A stretch of DNA of 64,000 nt from a bacterium (GCA_919901565.1 CAKKPE010000014.1:37908-101907); one strand, 5' to 3'. Positions 18,923 to 28,983 are shown, numbered from the stretch's first letter. A program made the numbers and translations. The notes: generated by a model not told the origin, from the letters alone.

Positions 18923-20850
18923 CTTGCCTGACTCACAACAGTCTCCTTGTCCGGACAACCTTCCCTGTCCATGTAGATCCTGCACCATATCTCGAATGTG
19001 AGCAGGGCCCAGATCTGGTGCGTGTAGACCTGTTTGCCCTCAAAATGGTCCCGGACCATCCGCTCAACGAAACTCGGATTAAAGACCCCTCTTCCCATGG
19101 CTTGCCCCGACAAAAGCGTGTCCCGGACAAACCCCTGGAGGTCCCGTTTGAACCACACCCCGATCGGGACCATAAAACCCTGTTTCTTCTTCATAAGAAT
19201 CTCGGGGGGGAGCAGACCTTTCATCATGGACCTGAGCATCCCCTTTAAATGCCACCCCTTCATCTTCATCCCCGTCGGGACCATGAGCATGAATTCGATG
19301 AGCTTATGGTCGCAGAAAGGGACCCTCAGTTCCAGGGAATGGGCCATGCTCATGGCGTCACCCATGAGCAGAAGGTCATCAGGCAGGTAGGTGTTCAGGT
19401 CCAGGCTTGTGACGCTCTGCACATAATCCAGCTTGCCCTCCTGATCAAAAAAGTGCCGGTGGATGTCGGTCTCGTTATGATTCCGGAGCAGGCTCTTGAA
19501 ATCATCCGAATACAGCCCCTCCTTCATCTCCGGACTGAAAAAAGTGATCCAGCTCAGATACCGTGACACGGGGTCCAGCAGTCCCCCTCTGGCAAACCGC
19601 TTGATCCATCCAGTGACGTTCCTGCTCCGTGTGCTCTCGGGAAGCCGGTCAGCCAAAGGAGCGAACAGATACCTCCGGATATAACCGGGAATCACATCGT
19701 AAATCCCTGAAAGACGGGCACCCAGGTATCTCGGATAACCGGCGAAAACCTCATCTCCGCCGATCCCGCTCAGGGCCACGGTGACGTGCTTCCTTGTCTC
19801 CCGTGATATCAGGTAGGTCGGTATGGCGGATGAATCTGCAAAAGGTTCGCCGATCGCACGGATGATATCGGGAAGGAGAGAAACCACATCCGGCTGGAGG
19901 ATGAATTCGTGATGGTCGGTGCCGAAGGCGTCGGCCACAATCCGTGCTGAATCGAGTTCATTGAATGAGGCGTCCTCTTCTCCGTAACCGATGGTAAAGG
20001 TCTTGACCGGGCCGCTTGAATATTCGGACATCAGGGCAACGACACATGCGGAGTCCATGCCCCCGCTTAAAAATGCCCCCAGAGGGACATCGCTGACCAG
20101 GTGCATCCGGACCGATTCACGGAGCATGGACGCGGCCTCTTCCCTGTAGTCCCCCTCGTCCCGCTCTTCCGGCCGGGCACGATCCTCCTGCATGTGAAGA
20201 TCCCAATACCGCCTGATCCGGACCTTGCCCCTGCAATAGGTCAGGGTATGGGCCGGCGGCAGTTTCCGGATCGAACGGAACATGGATCTAGGAGACGGGA
20301 CATAAAGATAGGTCAGAAAATAGTTCAGCGCCTCCGGATCGAACCCGTCCTGCGATATTCCGGCGTCCAGAAGGGCCCTGATTTCAGAGGCAAATACAAT
20401 GTTCTCTCCGTCAAAGGTGTAAATTAGAGGTTTGATCCCCAGCCTGTCCCTGGCAAGGAAGAGGGTCTCTTTGCTGCGGTCCCAGATGGCAAAGGCAAAC
20501 ATTCCCCGCAGATGGCCGAGACATTCTTCACCGTATTCTTCGTAGAGATGGACAATGACCTCGGTGTCCGACGAGGTCGTAAATGTATGGCCGCGGCGGA
20601 CCAGACCGGACCGGATCTTTTTATAATTATAGATCTCGCCGTTGAAGACAATCCATACCGACTTATCCTCGTTATGGATCGGCTGGTGGCCGCCCTGACA
20701 ATCGATGATGGCAAGACGCCTCATGCCGAGGCTGATCCCCTGATCAGAAAAGATCCCCTGGTCATCGGGGCCGCGGTGGGAAAGGGCATAGCACATCTTT
20801 CCCACAAGCGCCGGATCACTGCGCCCTGCTATCCCTGCTATTCCGCACAC
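18919..20850 (-). CDS. asnB: Asparagine synthase (glutamine-hydrolysing) family amidotransferase
   Basis: N-terminal MCGIAG Ntn nucleophile and SGGMDS PP-loop. Confidence 0.9.
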   Translation of the reverse strand: MCGIAGIAGRSDPALVGKMCYALSHRGPDDQGIFSDQGISLGMRRLAIIDCQGGHQPIHNEDKSVWIVFNGEIYNYKKIRSGLVRRGHTFTTSSDTEVIVHLYEEYGEECLGHLRGMFAFAIWDRSKETLFLARDRLGIKPLIYTFDGENIVFASEIRALLDAGISQDGFDPEALNYFLTYLYVPSPRSMFRSIRKLPPAHTLTYCRGKVRIRRYWDLHMQEDRARPEERDEGDYREEAASMLRESVRMHLVSDVPLGAFLSGGMDSACVVALMSEYSSGPVKTFTIGYGEEDASFNELDSARIVADAFGTDHHEFILQPDVVSLLPDIIRAIGEPFADSSAIPTYLISRETRKHVTVALSGIGGDEVFAGYPRYLGARLSGIYDVIPGYIRRYLFAPLADRLPESTRSRNVTGWIKRFARGGLLDPVSRYLSWITFFSPEMKEGLYSDDFKSLLRNHNETDIHRHFFDQEGKLDYVQSVTSLDLNTYLPDDLLLMGDAMSMAHSLELRVPFCDHKLIEFMLMVPTGMKMKGWHLKGMLRSMMKGLLPPEILMKKKQGFMVPIGVWFKRDLQGFVRDTLLSGQAMGRGVFNPSFVERMVRDHFEGKQVYTHQIWALLTFEIWCRIYMDREGCPDKETVVSQAR

Positions 20851-20966
20851 ACGGCCTCCCAGACAGAAAAATCATGAAGGATGGAATTCACTAAACGATT
20901 TCTATTTTATTTTAATATACTTAGCCCATATAGACAATATTTTATTCACCAATTTGCAGGAATATC

Positions 20967-20996
20967 TTGACAACATTTGTTCTTTAATGCTAAATA
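20967..20996 (+). promoter_or_regulatory. Possible sigma-70 promoter of rpsT
   Basis: ttgaca followed at 17-18 nt by a weak ctaaat/taaata -10 element. Confidence 0.3.
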
Positions 20997-21026
20997 TATG
21001 TTTTTAAAATCCTGGAGGATAAAACA

Positions 21027-21302
21027 TTGGCGAATCATGCATCAGCAATCAAACGGATGAGACAAAACACTAAACAGGCTTTGCTGAACAAGCAGCACCG
21101 GTCCAGAATGAGGACCCTGGTCAAGAAGGTTGAAACCGAAATTTCAGAAAAGAATATAGAGGGGGCCAAGGCCGATCTTCCTGTAGCCCTGCGTATTCTG
21201 GACAAGTCCGTCACCAAGGGGATTATCCATAAGAATAACGCTGCCAGAAAGAAATCAGCCATCACCAGGAAGGTGAATAAACTCCTCGTTTCACAGGCTT
21301 AG
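21027..21302 (+). CDS. rpsT: 30S ribosomal protein S20
   Basis: ANHASAIKRMRQ... is a typical S20 N-terminus. TTG start. Confidence 0.9.
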   Translation: MANHASAIKRMRQNTKQALLNKQHRSRMRTLVKKVETEISEKNIEGAKADLPVALRILDKSVTKGIIHKNNAARKKSAITRKVNKLLVSQA

Positions 21303-22295
21303 CGGCCCTTTGCAGATGCGCTGGATCATGGTTTCGATCCATATCTGATGCCGGTTGCCGCCTGACTTGATCGATTCATCGATGGCAACCAGTTGCAGAT
21401 AATGATGAGCGATCTCCGGCTCCTGAAAGCCCTGCAGCTGTCTCAGAAACCTTTTTTCCTTGTACCGTACATTCAGGCTCCGCAATATCTCCTGATCTGA
21501 ACGACCTTCCCTTTCCAGTTCTTTTCCCAGCCATAGTTTACGGAACTTCGCCGCCAGAGCGGAGAGGATCATGAGAGGATGGGTCCCTTCTTCAACAAGA
21601 TGCGACAGGATCTTAAGGGCCTCGCCGAGGTCCTTGTCACAGATGGCGTCTGCAAGTTCAAACGAATTGAATCCTCGTGAATGCCCGGAAACCTCATTCA
21701 CATCAGAGAACGAGATCTCACCAGGAGACCCCTTATAGAGCATCAGCTTCTGAAGTTCGTTCTGCAGGACCTGAAGTTCGCGGCCGTGGGCCTCAAGCAG
21801 TAAACTAACCCCCTTGTCGTCAATCCGGTATCCCTGCTGCTTCAGGTACGAACGGATCCACTTCGCGGTCTGCTCCTCATCATACGGATGATAAAACTGG
21901 ACAGCGGGCCATTGCTTCTGGAGTTGAGCAAAAAATCTCTTCCGCATATCCGGTTTGACGGAGGTCATGACCAGGCAGGCTTCTTGTACCGGATCTTTGA
22001 TGTATTCCAGGAAACGCTCCTTTTGAGGGTCGGGCATCCGGTCAATCTCTTTGACAACCACCAGTTTCGTCCCTCCGAAAAGCGGAACGGTCCTGACGGC
22101 TTGTATGACGGTGGATGCATCAGCGTCGGCGCCATAGAATACCTCATACCCCATGGACGGATCGCCCTTACCCAAGACCTTCTTCCGGATCAGGTCCAGC
22201 ATCTCCTGAACCAGGAGCGCCTCTTCACCGTACAGCAGGCATACCGGAGGGATTTTCCCTTGCTGTATCTCTTTTTTAAATGTGTCGGGTTTCAT
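21291..22295 (-). CDS. holA: DNA polymerase III delta subunit
   Basis: The size and the N-terminal IPPVCLLYGEE pattern fit HolA. Confidence 0.8.
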   Translation of the reverse strand: MKPDTFKKEIQQGKIPPVCLLYGEEALLVQEMLDLIRKKVLGKGDPSMGYEVFYGADADASTVIQAVRTVPLFGGTKLVVVKEIDRMPDPQKERFLEYIKDPVQEACLVMTSVKPDMRKRFFAQLQKQWPAVQFYHPYDEEQTAKWIRSYLKQQGYRIDDKGVSLLLEAHGRELQVLQNELQKLMLYKGSPGEISFSDVNEVSGHSRGFNSFELADAICDKDLGEALKILSHLVEEGTHPLMILSALAAKFRKLWLGKELEREGRSDQEILRSLNVRYKEKRFLRQLQGFQEPEIAHHYLQLVAIDESIKSGGNRHQIWIETMIQRICKGPLSL

Positions 22296-22313
22296 AAGAA
22301 TTTAAAAACAGTT

Positions 22314-23069
22314 TTACACTATATGACAGGAACTGCATTCATCTGCAGACTTCTTCACACCACAGGATTCCCGCTGCTCCTGACCGATCTTAAAGATCCC
22401 TTCCGAAACCCCTTCGGGTATGACGATATTTTCAGACTCCGGGGAATGCAAAACAATCTTGGAGGATTCCCAGAAGGTGGTGAGAAGTTTCCTGTTGAAC
22501 CCATAGATGGTGAGCGGACTTTTCTCAGGAATCTCAACGGCAGAGGTGGAGAGATGGACCCTGGCCGCATAATCCGCATGGTACGAAACGATCCCGTTTC
22601 CGCGGACATGAAAAAAAGGGAATGACGTTTGAATGGGAAGGGAGAGCCTTTTTGCGCTGAGACGGATCTCAATGATCTTCTCACCTCCGGATTGTACGGT
22701 CAGGATGTACCGGGACTTCTCTTGTTTCCACTCAAAGGCCGCTTTTTCCTGATGAAGCCCCCAAACCCCCTTATGAAAATAAGTATCTTCCATGGACTCT
22801 ACCCTGGAACAGGGGACATAAAATCCTTTTTTCTTCCTGTACCGGACCAAAGCCGGAAAGGCGCTGAATTCACTCAAAGCCCCGAATGCCCCGGTGTTGT
22901 ACGATGCAGCATACAGGCCTGACAGAGTGAAACCTGGCAGGACATCAGCGACCTCCAGAGGAGCAGGCACAAAGGGTATCATCCTCCTGGATGAGGCAAG
23001 ATAGAAAATCATCATGCAGTACCCTCCCAATGCCCAGGGGGGTCTTACTCCAGCCATGGGAGACTCCAT
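22314..23069 (-). CDS. Hypothetical protein (possibly acetoacetate-decarboxylase-like beta barrel)
   Basis: Long ORF in an operon-like position. The family assignment is only a weak impression. Confidence 0.4.
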   Translation of the reverse strand: MESPMAGVRPPWALGGYCMMIFYLASSRRMIPFVPAPLEVADVLPGFTLSGLYAASYNTGAFGALSEFSAFPALVRYRKKKGFYVPCSRVESMEDTYFHKGVWGLHQEKAAFEWKQEKSRYILTVQSGGEKIIEIRLSAKRLSLPIQTSFPFFHVRGNGIVSYHADYAARVHLSTSAVEIPEKSPLTIYGFNRKLLTTFWESSKIVLHSPESENIVIPEGVSEGIFKIGQEQRESCGVKKSADECSSCHIV

Positions 23070-23136
23070 GATAACGGCGGCATTGCCTGCCCCAATGGTT
23101 TGCTCTGCCGGGCCCGTCCTTTTTTCGGACTTCCTC

Positions 23137-23601
23137 TCATACCAGAACGCTCATTTTTTTCTCCCTCCATTCCTTGATGCCGGCAATCAGGGGATTGGAC
23201 AAAAAATAGGCCAGAACAGCTGCGGCCAGCCCGATCAGGAGACTCCCAAGACTCATGGGGAGCAGGATCTTCCAGCTCATATGCAGGACATCAAGGGGAT
23301 GGGTGGAGGAAAGTTTCAGAATCTTCGGGCCGTCTCCCAGTATCCAGCGACCAACCTTGTAATCCAGGAAAAAGATAAAAGAAAAAGTTAAAGGATTCGC
23401 CACCCAGGTCCCTATAAGGGCCATGAATTTGTTCCCCTTCAACAACATGGCCAGTGCAACGGCGAGAAGCATATGGAACCCAATAAACGGGGTGATCCCC
23501 ACGAACACCCCGATGGCAAGCCCCCGGGCAATCTCCTTGGGATTGCTCCGCATACGGATGAGGCGAAGATACAGATAACGAGCCGAACGTTGCAGGGTCA
23601 C
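23137..23601 (-). CDS. DUF2062 family membrane protein
   Basis: PKEIARGLAIGVFVGITPFIGFHMLLAVALA pattern. Confidence 0.7.
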   Translation of the reverse strand: MTLQRSARYLYLRLIRMRSNPKEIARGLAIGVFVGITPFIGFHMLLAVALAMLLKGNKFMALIGTWVANPLTFSFIFFLDYKVGRWILGDGPKILKLSSTHPLDVLHMSWKILLPMSLGSLLIGLAAAVLAYFLSNPLIAGIKEWREKKMSVLV

Positions 23602-23702
23602 AGGTATCTCACTCTTTGCTACAGACCCGGCAGGATGGGATCAAATATAGTGCTGAATGCCTTTTTTCAACCATGATAAATAATATGCCCTTGATTGTCA
23701 AT

Positions 23703-23734
23703 GGAATCTCCCTGCTTTGGAATCTCCCTGCTTC
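23703..23734. repeat. Tandem 2 x 16 nt direct repeat
   Basis: ggaatctccctgcttt followed by ggaatctccctgcttc, between glgC and the DUF2062 gene. Confidence 0.8.
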
Positions 23735-23759
23735 ATGTTCTCACTCGGACACCGTCGGT

Positions 23760-24983
23760 TCAAGGCACTGCTTTTTTTGTAATCACCGTGATTCCGGTCT
23801 CGGTGACATGATAATGTCTTGAATCATCCTCAGGGTGATACCCGATGATGGAGTTAGGCGGGATACTGACCCCTTTTTCGATGATGGCCTTCTTGATTTG
23901 CGAGTTCCTGCCAATCTCGGCATTTTCCATAATCACGGACTGGTGGATGTTGCAGAAGCTGTTCACCCTCACATTGGGCGACAACACGGAGTTCTGTACC
24001 CGCCCGCCGCTGATGATGCACCCCCCGCAGACAATGGAGTCGAGGGCCACGCCCAGTCTCCCGCCGGAGAATTCCTGTGCAAAGACAAATTTTGCAGGGG
24101 GTTCAAAGCCCTGGAAGGTACGAATCGGCCAATCAGGATCATAGAGGTTACAGACCGGGCTCACCGATACCAGATCCATATTGGCCTCCCAGTAGGCGTC
24201 CAGGGTCCCCACATCCCTCCAGTATGCCGGTTTCCGGGTCTTCTTATCCTTGAAATTATAAGCATGAACCACAAGTTCCTTGGCCATCTTGGGGATGACA
24301 TTTTTTCCAAAATCATGTTCGGATCGCTCATCTTCCGCATCTTTCTTCAGCTGTTCGACCAGGGGCTGGATTGTAAATACATAAACCCCGAGAGAAATCA
24401 GGCATTTGTCGGGGTCCCTGGGAAGGGGCTGGGGCTTCTTGGGCTTTTCCTGAAAACCCATGATCCTGCCCTTGTCGTCCACCTGGATCACGCCGAAATT
24501 GCCGGCCTCGTGCTTTTCCACCTCCAGTGCTGCGACCGTCACATCCGCTTTTTTCGCCTGGTGAAAACGGATGAGTTCTCTATAATCCATCTTGTATATG
24601 TGGTCACCGGAGAGCACAAGAAGATATTTCTGGTTTTCCCTCAGGATTGAGTAGAGGTTTTGATAGATGGCATCTGCTGTCCCGCGGTACCAGCTTTCAT
24701 CAATTCTCTGCTGCGGCGGCAGGGGGACGACAAACTCGTGCAGTTCGTGACTCAGGAATCCCCAGCCCAGCCGGATATGTCTTTCCAGGGAATAGGACTT
24801 GTACTGGGTAAGGACAAAAGCCTTCTTGATCCCGGAATTGATACAGTTGCTGAGGCTGAAATCAATGATGCGGTACTTGCCGCCGAAAGGAACAGCCGGT
24901 TTCGCCCGATCTTCTGTCAAGGGATAGAGGCGGCTCCCCTTCCCCCCGGCCATGACCACTGCGAGAACCTCGTTGATGCTCAA
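23760..24983 (-). CDS. glgC: Glucose-1-phosphate adenylyltransferase
   Basis: AGGKGSRLYPLT motif plus a C-terminal left-handed beta-helix region. Confidence 0.95.
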   Translation of the reverse strand: MSINEVLAVVMAGGKGSRLYPLTEDRAKPAVPFGGKYRIIDFSLSNCINSGIKKAFVLTQYKSYSLERHIRLGWGFLSHELHEFVVPLPPQQRIDESWYRGTADAIYQNLYSILRENQKYLLVLSGDHIYKMDYRELIRFHQAKKADVTVAALEVEKHEAGNFGVIQVDDKGRIMGFQEKPKKPQPLPRDPDKCLISLGVYVFTIQPLVEQLKKDAEDERSEHDFGKNVIPKMAKELVVHAYNFKDKKTRKPAYWRDVGTLDAYWEANMDLVSVSPVCNLYDPDWPIRTFQGFEPPAKFVFAQEFSGGRLGVALDSIVCGGCIISGGRVQNSVLSPNVRVNSFCNIHQSVIMENAEIGRNSQIKKAIIEKGVSIPPNSIIGYHPEDDSRHYHVTETGITVITKKAVP

Positions 24984-25162
24984 GCGCCTCCCCTCCCCTT
25001 TTTCGTTCTTTCCCGCGGATTCTTATATATATCAGCACCGGACCGAACCCGGCTGATTTCACAGAAGATCCTGGATATTGAACTTTACATAAAACCAATG
25101 GAATGGTCAAGATCAATTCATTCAGATCAATTCATTCAGAACCCTTTTCCGACGGGTCAAAA

Positions 25163-25333
25163 CTTAGTGGCCCTATTCGTAAATACGGCGGCATTCGAGT
25201 GCCGTAGGGCGGTCTCCTCGGCGTTCCGCTCCTTGCAGCGTACCACAGGGGGTACACCTCAGTCGCGCGCCTTGATGAGACCGCCCTACGACCCTCTCGG
25301 TGCTTCACCATATTTACGAACAGGACCACTTAG
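25163..25333. repeat. 171 bp palindromic MITE-like element, family C, copy 2
   Basis: Same TIRs and orientation as 11860-12029. It overlaps the last 16 codons of glnD. Confidence 0.85.
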
Positions 25334-28057
25334 CGTCTTCAACAGGGCCTCCTGAATCTTCTGAAGTTTCTCCTTTTCCATGATCTTTTGCCCGAAGATG
25401 TCCGTTACGTAAAAGGCATCGATGGCCTTATCCCCCTCGGTGGTTATCTTGGAGGAGTGGATATAAACCCCCTGAGCGGCCAGGCACGAGGTGATATGAT
25501 AAAGAAGACCGATACGGTCCTCTGCATAGACATCGATTACGGTGTACTTGTCTGCTACCGTGTTGTCGAAGAGGACACGGGAATCGGTCCGGTGTCTCTT
25601 TTTTTTCCTCAAATACGAAGGGGGCTGATGGATGACCAGAATATCATCGACACGGCTGGCCCTCTGTACGACCGAACGCATGGTCTCTGCAATCTCTTGC
25701 CAGAAATCATGGTCCACACGTTTCTGTTCCTCCGGGGCTTCCATCTGGAAGCAATCGATCACCACGCCCTCCCGGCTCGTAAAAATACTCGCACCCAGGA
25801 TATTGATGCCCCGGGAGGCGAGCACCCCTGCAATTCTGGAGAAAAGCCCCGGGGTATCCGTATCATAGGTGCAGACATTGAGCTCCGTATATCCCTGTGT
25901 GGCATAATGGGTCCACTCCGCAATAAAACCTTCCGCCTCCATCCTCCTGATCATGGAGAGGTGTTTCATCACCCTAAAATGCGGAGTGGAAAGAAAATAC
26001 CGGTCCGGAAGGGTTATAAGGATATTCTCGATTTCCTCTCCGAAAATCGTTCTCCCTTCCTCCCGGATCCTGTCCCTGATCTTTTCAAGGGAGGATACCC
26101 TGTCCGGTTCCATGGCCCTTTCAGCACCGGAAAGGAACTGCTCCCGGGTCCTTTGAAAAAGCTCCTGCAGGAGCGTATCCTTCCAGTCGTTCCAGACCCC
26201 GGGGCCCACGGCATTGGTATCACAATAGGTGACCAGCGTCAGCATCCTCAGATGTTCCTGGTCATGGACCAGCCGGGAGAGACGGTCAATCAGTTTGGGA
26301 TCATGTATATCCCGACGCTGCGAGAGGTGCCCCAGAACCAGATGATTCCGCACCATGAATTCAATGGTATCGGACTCTTCTTTTGAAAGTCCCATCCGGC
26401 GGGCAATGTCAGGAATCACATTGCTCCCTGTCTGGACATGGCCCGGGCCTACGGCCTTGCCGATATCGTGCAGAAGGATTGAAAGATAGAGGATCTCGGG
26501 CTTCAGGACCTCCATGAAGAGATGTGAATAGAAACGATTGCCAGGATATGGGCTCCCCCGAAGGCCTTCCAGCTGCTCCATGGCGAAAAAGGTGTGTTCA
26601 TCCACGGTATAGGTATGGTAGAGCTCATGCTGAACAAGCGCGGTCAGCGCGCCGAACTCCGGAATGTATTTGCCCAGAAAACGCAGTTCATGCATCTGCC
26701 TGAGGGTGCTCACCACCCTCTGCTCCCCTCCGAGGATCTTAAGAAATAAATCCTTCACACGTACTGAAGTACGGAATTCATCATTCACGAGTCTGAGTGA
26801 AGAAAGGATCATCTGTTTTGTGGCATCCGCCAAAGAAACGCCAAACCGTTGGGCAAGGAGAAATATCTGCATGAGCCGTTCGGGTTCCTTGCGGAAATAG
26901 TCCTTCCGGTCATCGGGAACACACAGTGTATTCCCGATTATGGTCAGCCCGTCTCCAACCCGTTTTTTCAGAAAAGGGAGGGCTGAAAATCTTTTTTGCC
27001 CCATGGAAGAGGCACAGCGGTTCATTAAAAGACTCGTAAAATACCGGATGTTTCTCGTCTGGAGATAGTATGCCCTCATGAAGCGTTCTACGGCCAGGTA
27101 GTGTTTGAAATCCTTGTACTTCAAAAAGACAGCGATTTCATCCTGCATATCCATGCTCAAAAGATCGTTACGCCTCCCGCTCAGAAAATGGAGATGATTC
27201 CTGACCTTCCAGAGGAATTCCAATGAGCGATGAAGAATCTTTTCTTCCTTTTCAGAGATCACCCCCTTGTCTTTCAATTCACTGAAAGAATTCACGCCAT
27301 ATTTGACCTTTGCTATCCAGAAAGCCGTATGAATATCCCTGAGTCCTCCCACACCCTCCTTGACATGGGGTTCCTTCATATAGAGTGAACCGCCGTACTT
27401 CTTGTACCGCTCATGCACGTCCGAGAGTTTGGTCCTCAGATAGGACTCGGAATCCTTGCGCAGGATTTTCTTCTGCGACTCCCTTAAAAACAGATCATAA
27501 GCCTCCGGATCACCGGCGATCAGCCTGGACTCGATCAGAGAGGTCTTTGCCCGGATGTCCGATGCCGCCAATGTCACGCAATCCTGAACGCTCCGCATGC
27601 TGTGACCGATGTCCAGATTCAGATCCCACATAAGATACAGACAGTTCTCAGATAAAGTTCGGGCGGCCTGATCGGCCTCATTGACGGTAAGAAACATGAC
27701 ATCCAGATCGGAAAAGGGGTTTAACTCCCCTCTGCCGTAGCCGCCGATGGCAAGGAGCGAACACCGGACATCTTTTTTGGTTCGGGATATTTTTTTTGCA
27801 ACATCAAAAAGCTCCCTCAAGACCGCATCGGTCCATGCCGTTATCCGGTAAACCACTTCGGTGCCGCTCGCTCCGGAAAGGTGGATCTTCCTGATTCTCT
27901 CCCTTCCCTCCTGAAACACAGACTTCAACCCGGCCACGTAGGCGCTTCTATCCTGCTTGGCGGAAAAAACAGTCCCCTGTTCCCGAAGCCTCTCTTTCAA
28001 TTCGGAACCGTAGGAAGCCTGATAGTGTTGTAAACCTGGGTTATCGATGACCGTCAC
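25286..28057 (-). CDS. glnD: [Protein-PII] uridylyltransferase/uridylyl-removing enzyme
   Basis: Nucleotidyltransferase motif GGYGRGELNPFSDLDV, HD domain LLHDIGK, and two C-terminal ACT-like regions. GTG start. Confidence 0.9.
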   Translation of the reverse strand: MTVIDNPGLQHYQASYGSELKERLREQGTVFSAKQDRSAYVAGLKSVFQEGRERIRKIHLSGASGTEVVYRITAWTDAVLRELFDVAKKISRTKKDVRCSLLAIGGYGRGELNPFSDLDVMFLTVNEADQAARTLSENCLYLMWDLNLDIGHSMRSVQDCVTLAASDIRAKTSLIESRLIAGDPEAYDLFLRESQKKILRKDSESYLRTKLSDVHERYKKYGGSLYMKEPHVKEGVGGLRDIHTAFWIAKVKYGVNSFSELKDKGVISEKEEKILHRSLEFLWKVRNHLHFLSGRRNDLLSMDMQDEIAVFLKYKDFKHYLAVERFMRAYYLQTRNIRYFTSLLMNRCASSMGQKRFSALPFLKKRVGDGLTIIGNTLCVPDDRKDYFRKEPERLMQIFLLAQRFGVSLADATKQMILSSLRLVNDEFRTSVRVKDLFLKILGGEQRVVSTLRQMHELRFLGKYIPEFGALTALVQHELYHTYTVDEHTFFAMEQLEGLRGSPYPGNRFYSHLFMEVLKPEILYLSILLHDIGKAVGPGHVQTGSNVIPDIARRMGLSKEESDTIEFMVRNHLVLGHLSQRRDIHDPKLIDRLSRLVHDQEHLRMLTLVTYCDTNAVGPGVWNDWKDTLLQELFQRTREQFLSGAERAMEPDRVSSLEKIRDRIREEGRTIFGEEIENILITLPDRYFLSTPHFRVMKHLSMIRRMEAEGFIAEWTHYATQGYTELNVCTYDTDTPGLFSRIAGVLASRGINILGASIFTSREGVVIDCFQMEAPEEQKRVDHDFWQEIAETMRSVVQRASRVDDILVIHQPPSYLRKKKRHRTDSRVLFDNTVADKYTVIDVYAEDRIGLLYHITSCLAAQGVYIHSSKITTEGDKAIDAFYVTDIFGQKIMEKEKLQKIQEALLKTLSGPVRKYGEAPRGS

Positions 28058-28062
28058 CCTTT

Positions 28063-28258
28063 CTTTCTATCGTGCTTGAGTTGGACCATCCAGAAGTTGA
28101 AAATCCAAGTATTTCCTGCACGCCTTAAGAAATCAAGAATCAAAGATCAAAATGACAAATCAAATTATAAAAGTTATGCAGCCTCTTTTGATATGCATTT
28201 TTTATTTTTACTTTGTCATTTTGATTTTTGATTTTTTAACTTTAATTTTCTATATACC
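28063..28258. repeat. Family A inverted-repeat element, short core-less copy (A1)
   Basis: It shares the outer end cgtgcttgagttggacc and the arms ...aatcaaagatcaaaatgacaaatcaaa / tttgtcattttgatttttgatttttt with 50407-50775 and 56586-57064. Confidence 0.75.
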
Positions 28259-28278
28259 GCACCCTCTTGAACAATCCG

Positions 28279-28983
28279 TTACCCGCCAGTCATCAGCCCC
28301 TGGTCCACGAAGCTGAGGTACCTTCCGTCTCCGATCACCAGGTGGTCCAGTACCTTGATCCCGATGAGTTCCCCGGCCTGGATAAGACGCCTGTTCATTT
28401 CGATATCCTCCCGGCTCGGCGTGGGGTCACCGCTCGGATGATTGTGGATCAGGAGGACCGCTGCCGAGGATTCCCGAATCGCCGGTGCAAAGACCTCCCT
28501 GGGATGCACGAGACAGGCGGTGAGGCTCCCCTCCGATACAGTCACGGTGCGGATCACCCTGTTCTTCCCGTTCAACAAAACCACCCGGAAAACCTCTTTC
28601 TTCAGGTCTCTCAGATAGGGTTGGCATGACTCAAAAACATCACGGCTTCCCCGGATCAGATCGCCCTCTTTCAGGGGAAAGGCCTGTACCCGCCTGCCCA
28701 GTTCCAGGGCCGCAAGGACCCGCGCGGCCTTGGCCTTGCCGATTCCCGGGACACAGCAGATATCCGGGATCCCTGCCGTGCTCATTTCCCTGATGTCACG
28801 GTAGCGGCTTAGAAGATCCATGGCCACACTCACAGCACTTCTGCCGGCATTTCCGGTACCAAGAAGGATGGCTATGAGCTGGGCATCGGACAGGGTCCCC
28901 GGTCCGTATTGATGAAGTCTTTCCCTTGGTCGCTCCTCCTCCGGCCAATGCTTGATAGGAAGGTTCATTTTAAGATCAGCCAT
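28279..28983 (-). CDS. radC: RadC-family JAB-domain protein
   Basis: EERPRERL N-terminus, HhH region, and HNHPSGDPTPS JAMM motif. Confidence 0.9.
   Translation of the reverse strand: MADLKMNLPIKHWPEEERPRERLHQYGPGTLSDAQLIAILLGTGNAGRSAVSVAMDLLSRYRDIREMSTAGIPDICCVPGIGKAKAARVLAALELGRRVQAFPLKEGDLIRGSRDVFESCQPYLRDLKKEVFRVVLLNGKNRVIRTVTVSEGSLTACLVHPREVFAPAIRESSAAVLLIHNHPSGDPTPSREDIEMNRRLIQAGELIGIKVLDHLVIGDGRYLSFVDQGLMTGG

Noticed and set aside
28063-28258. Possible CRISPR array suggested by reiterated short AT-rich words (also 50407-50775 and 56586-57064)
   Set aside because: There is no regular repeat-spacer periodicity. The words are 6-9 nt long and arranged as inverted arms. No cas genes are present in the window.
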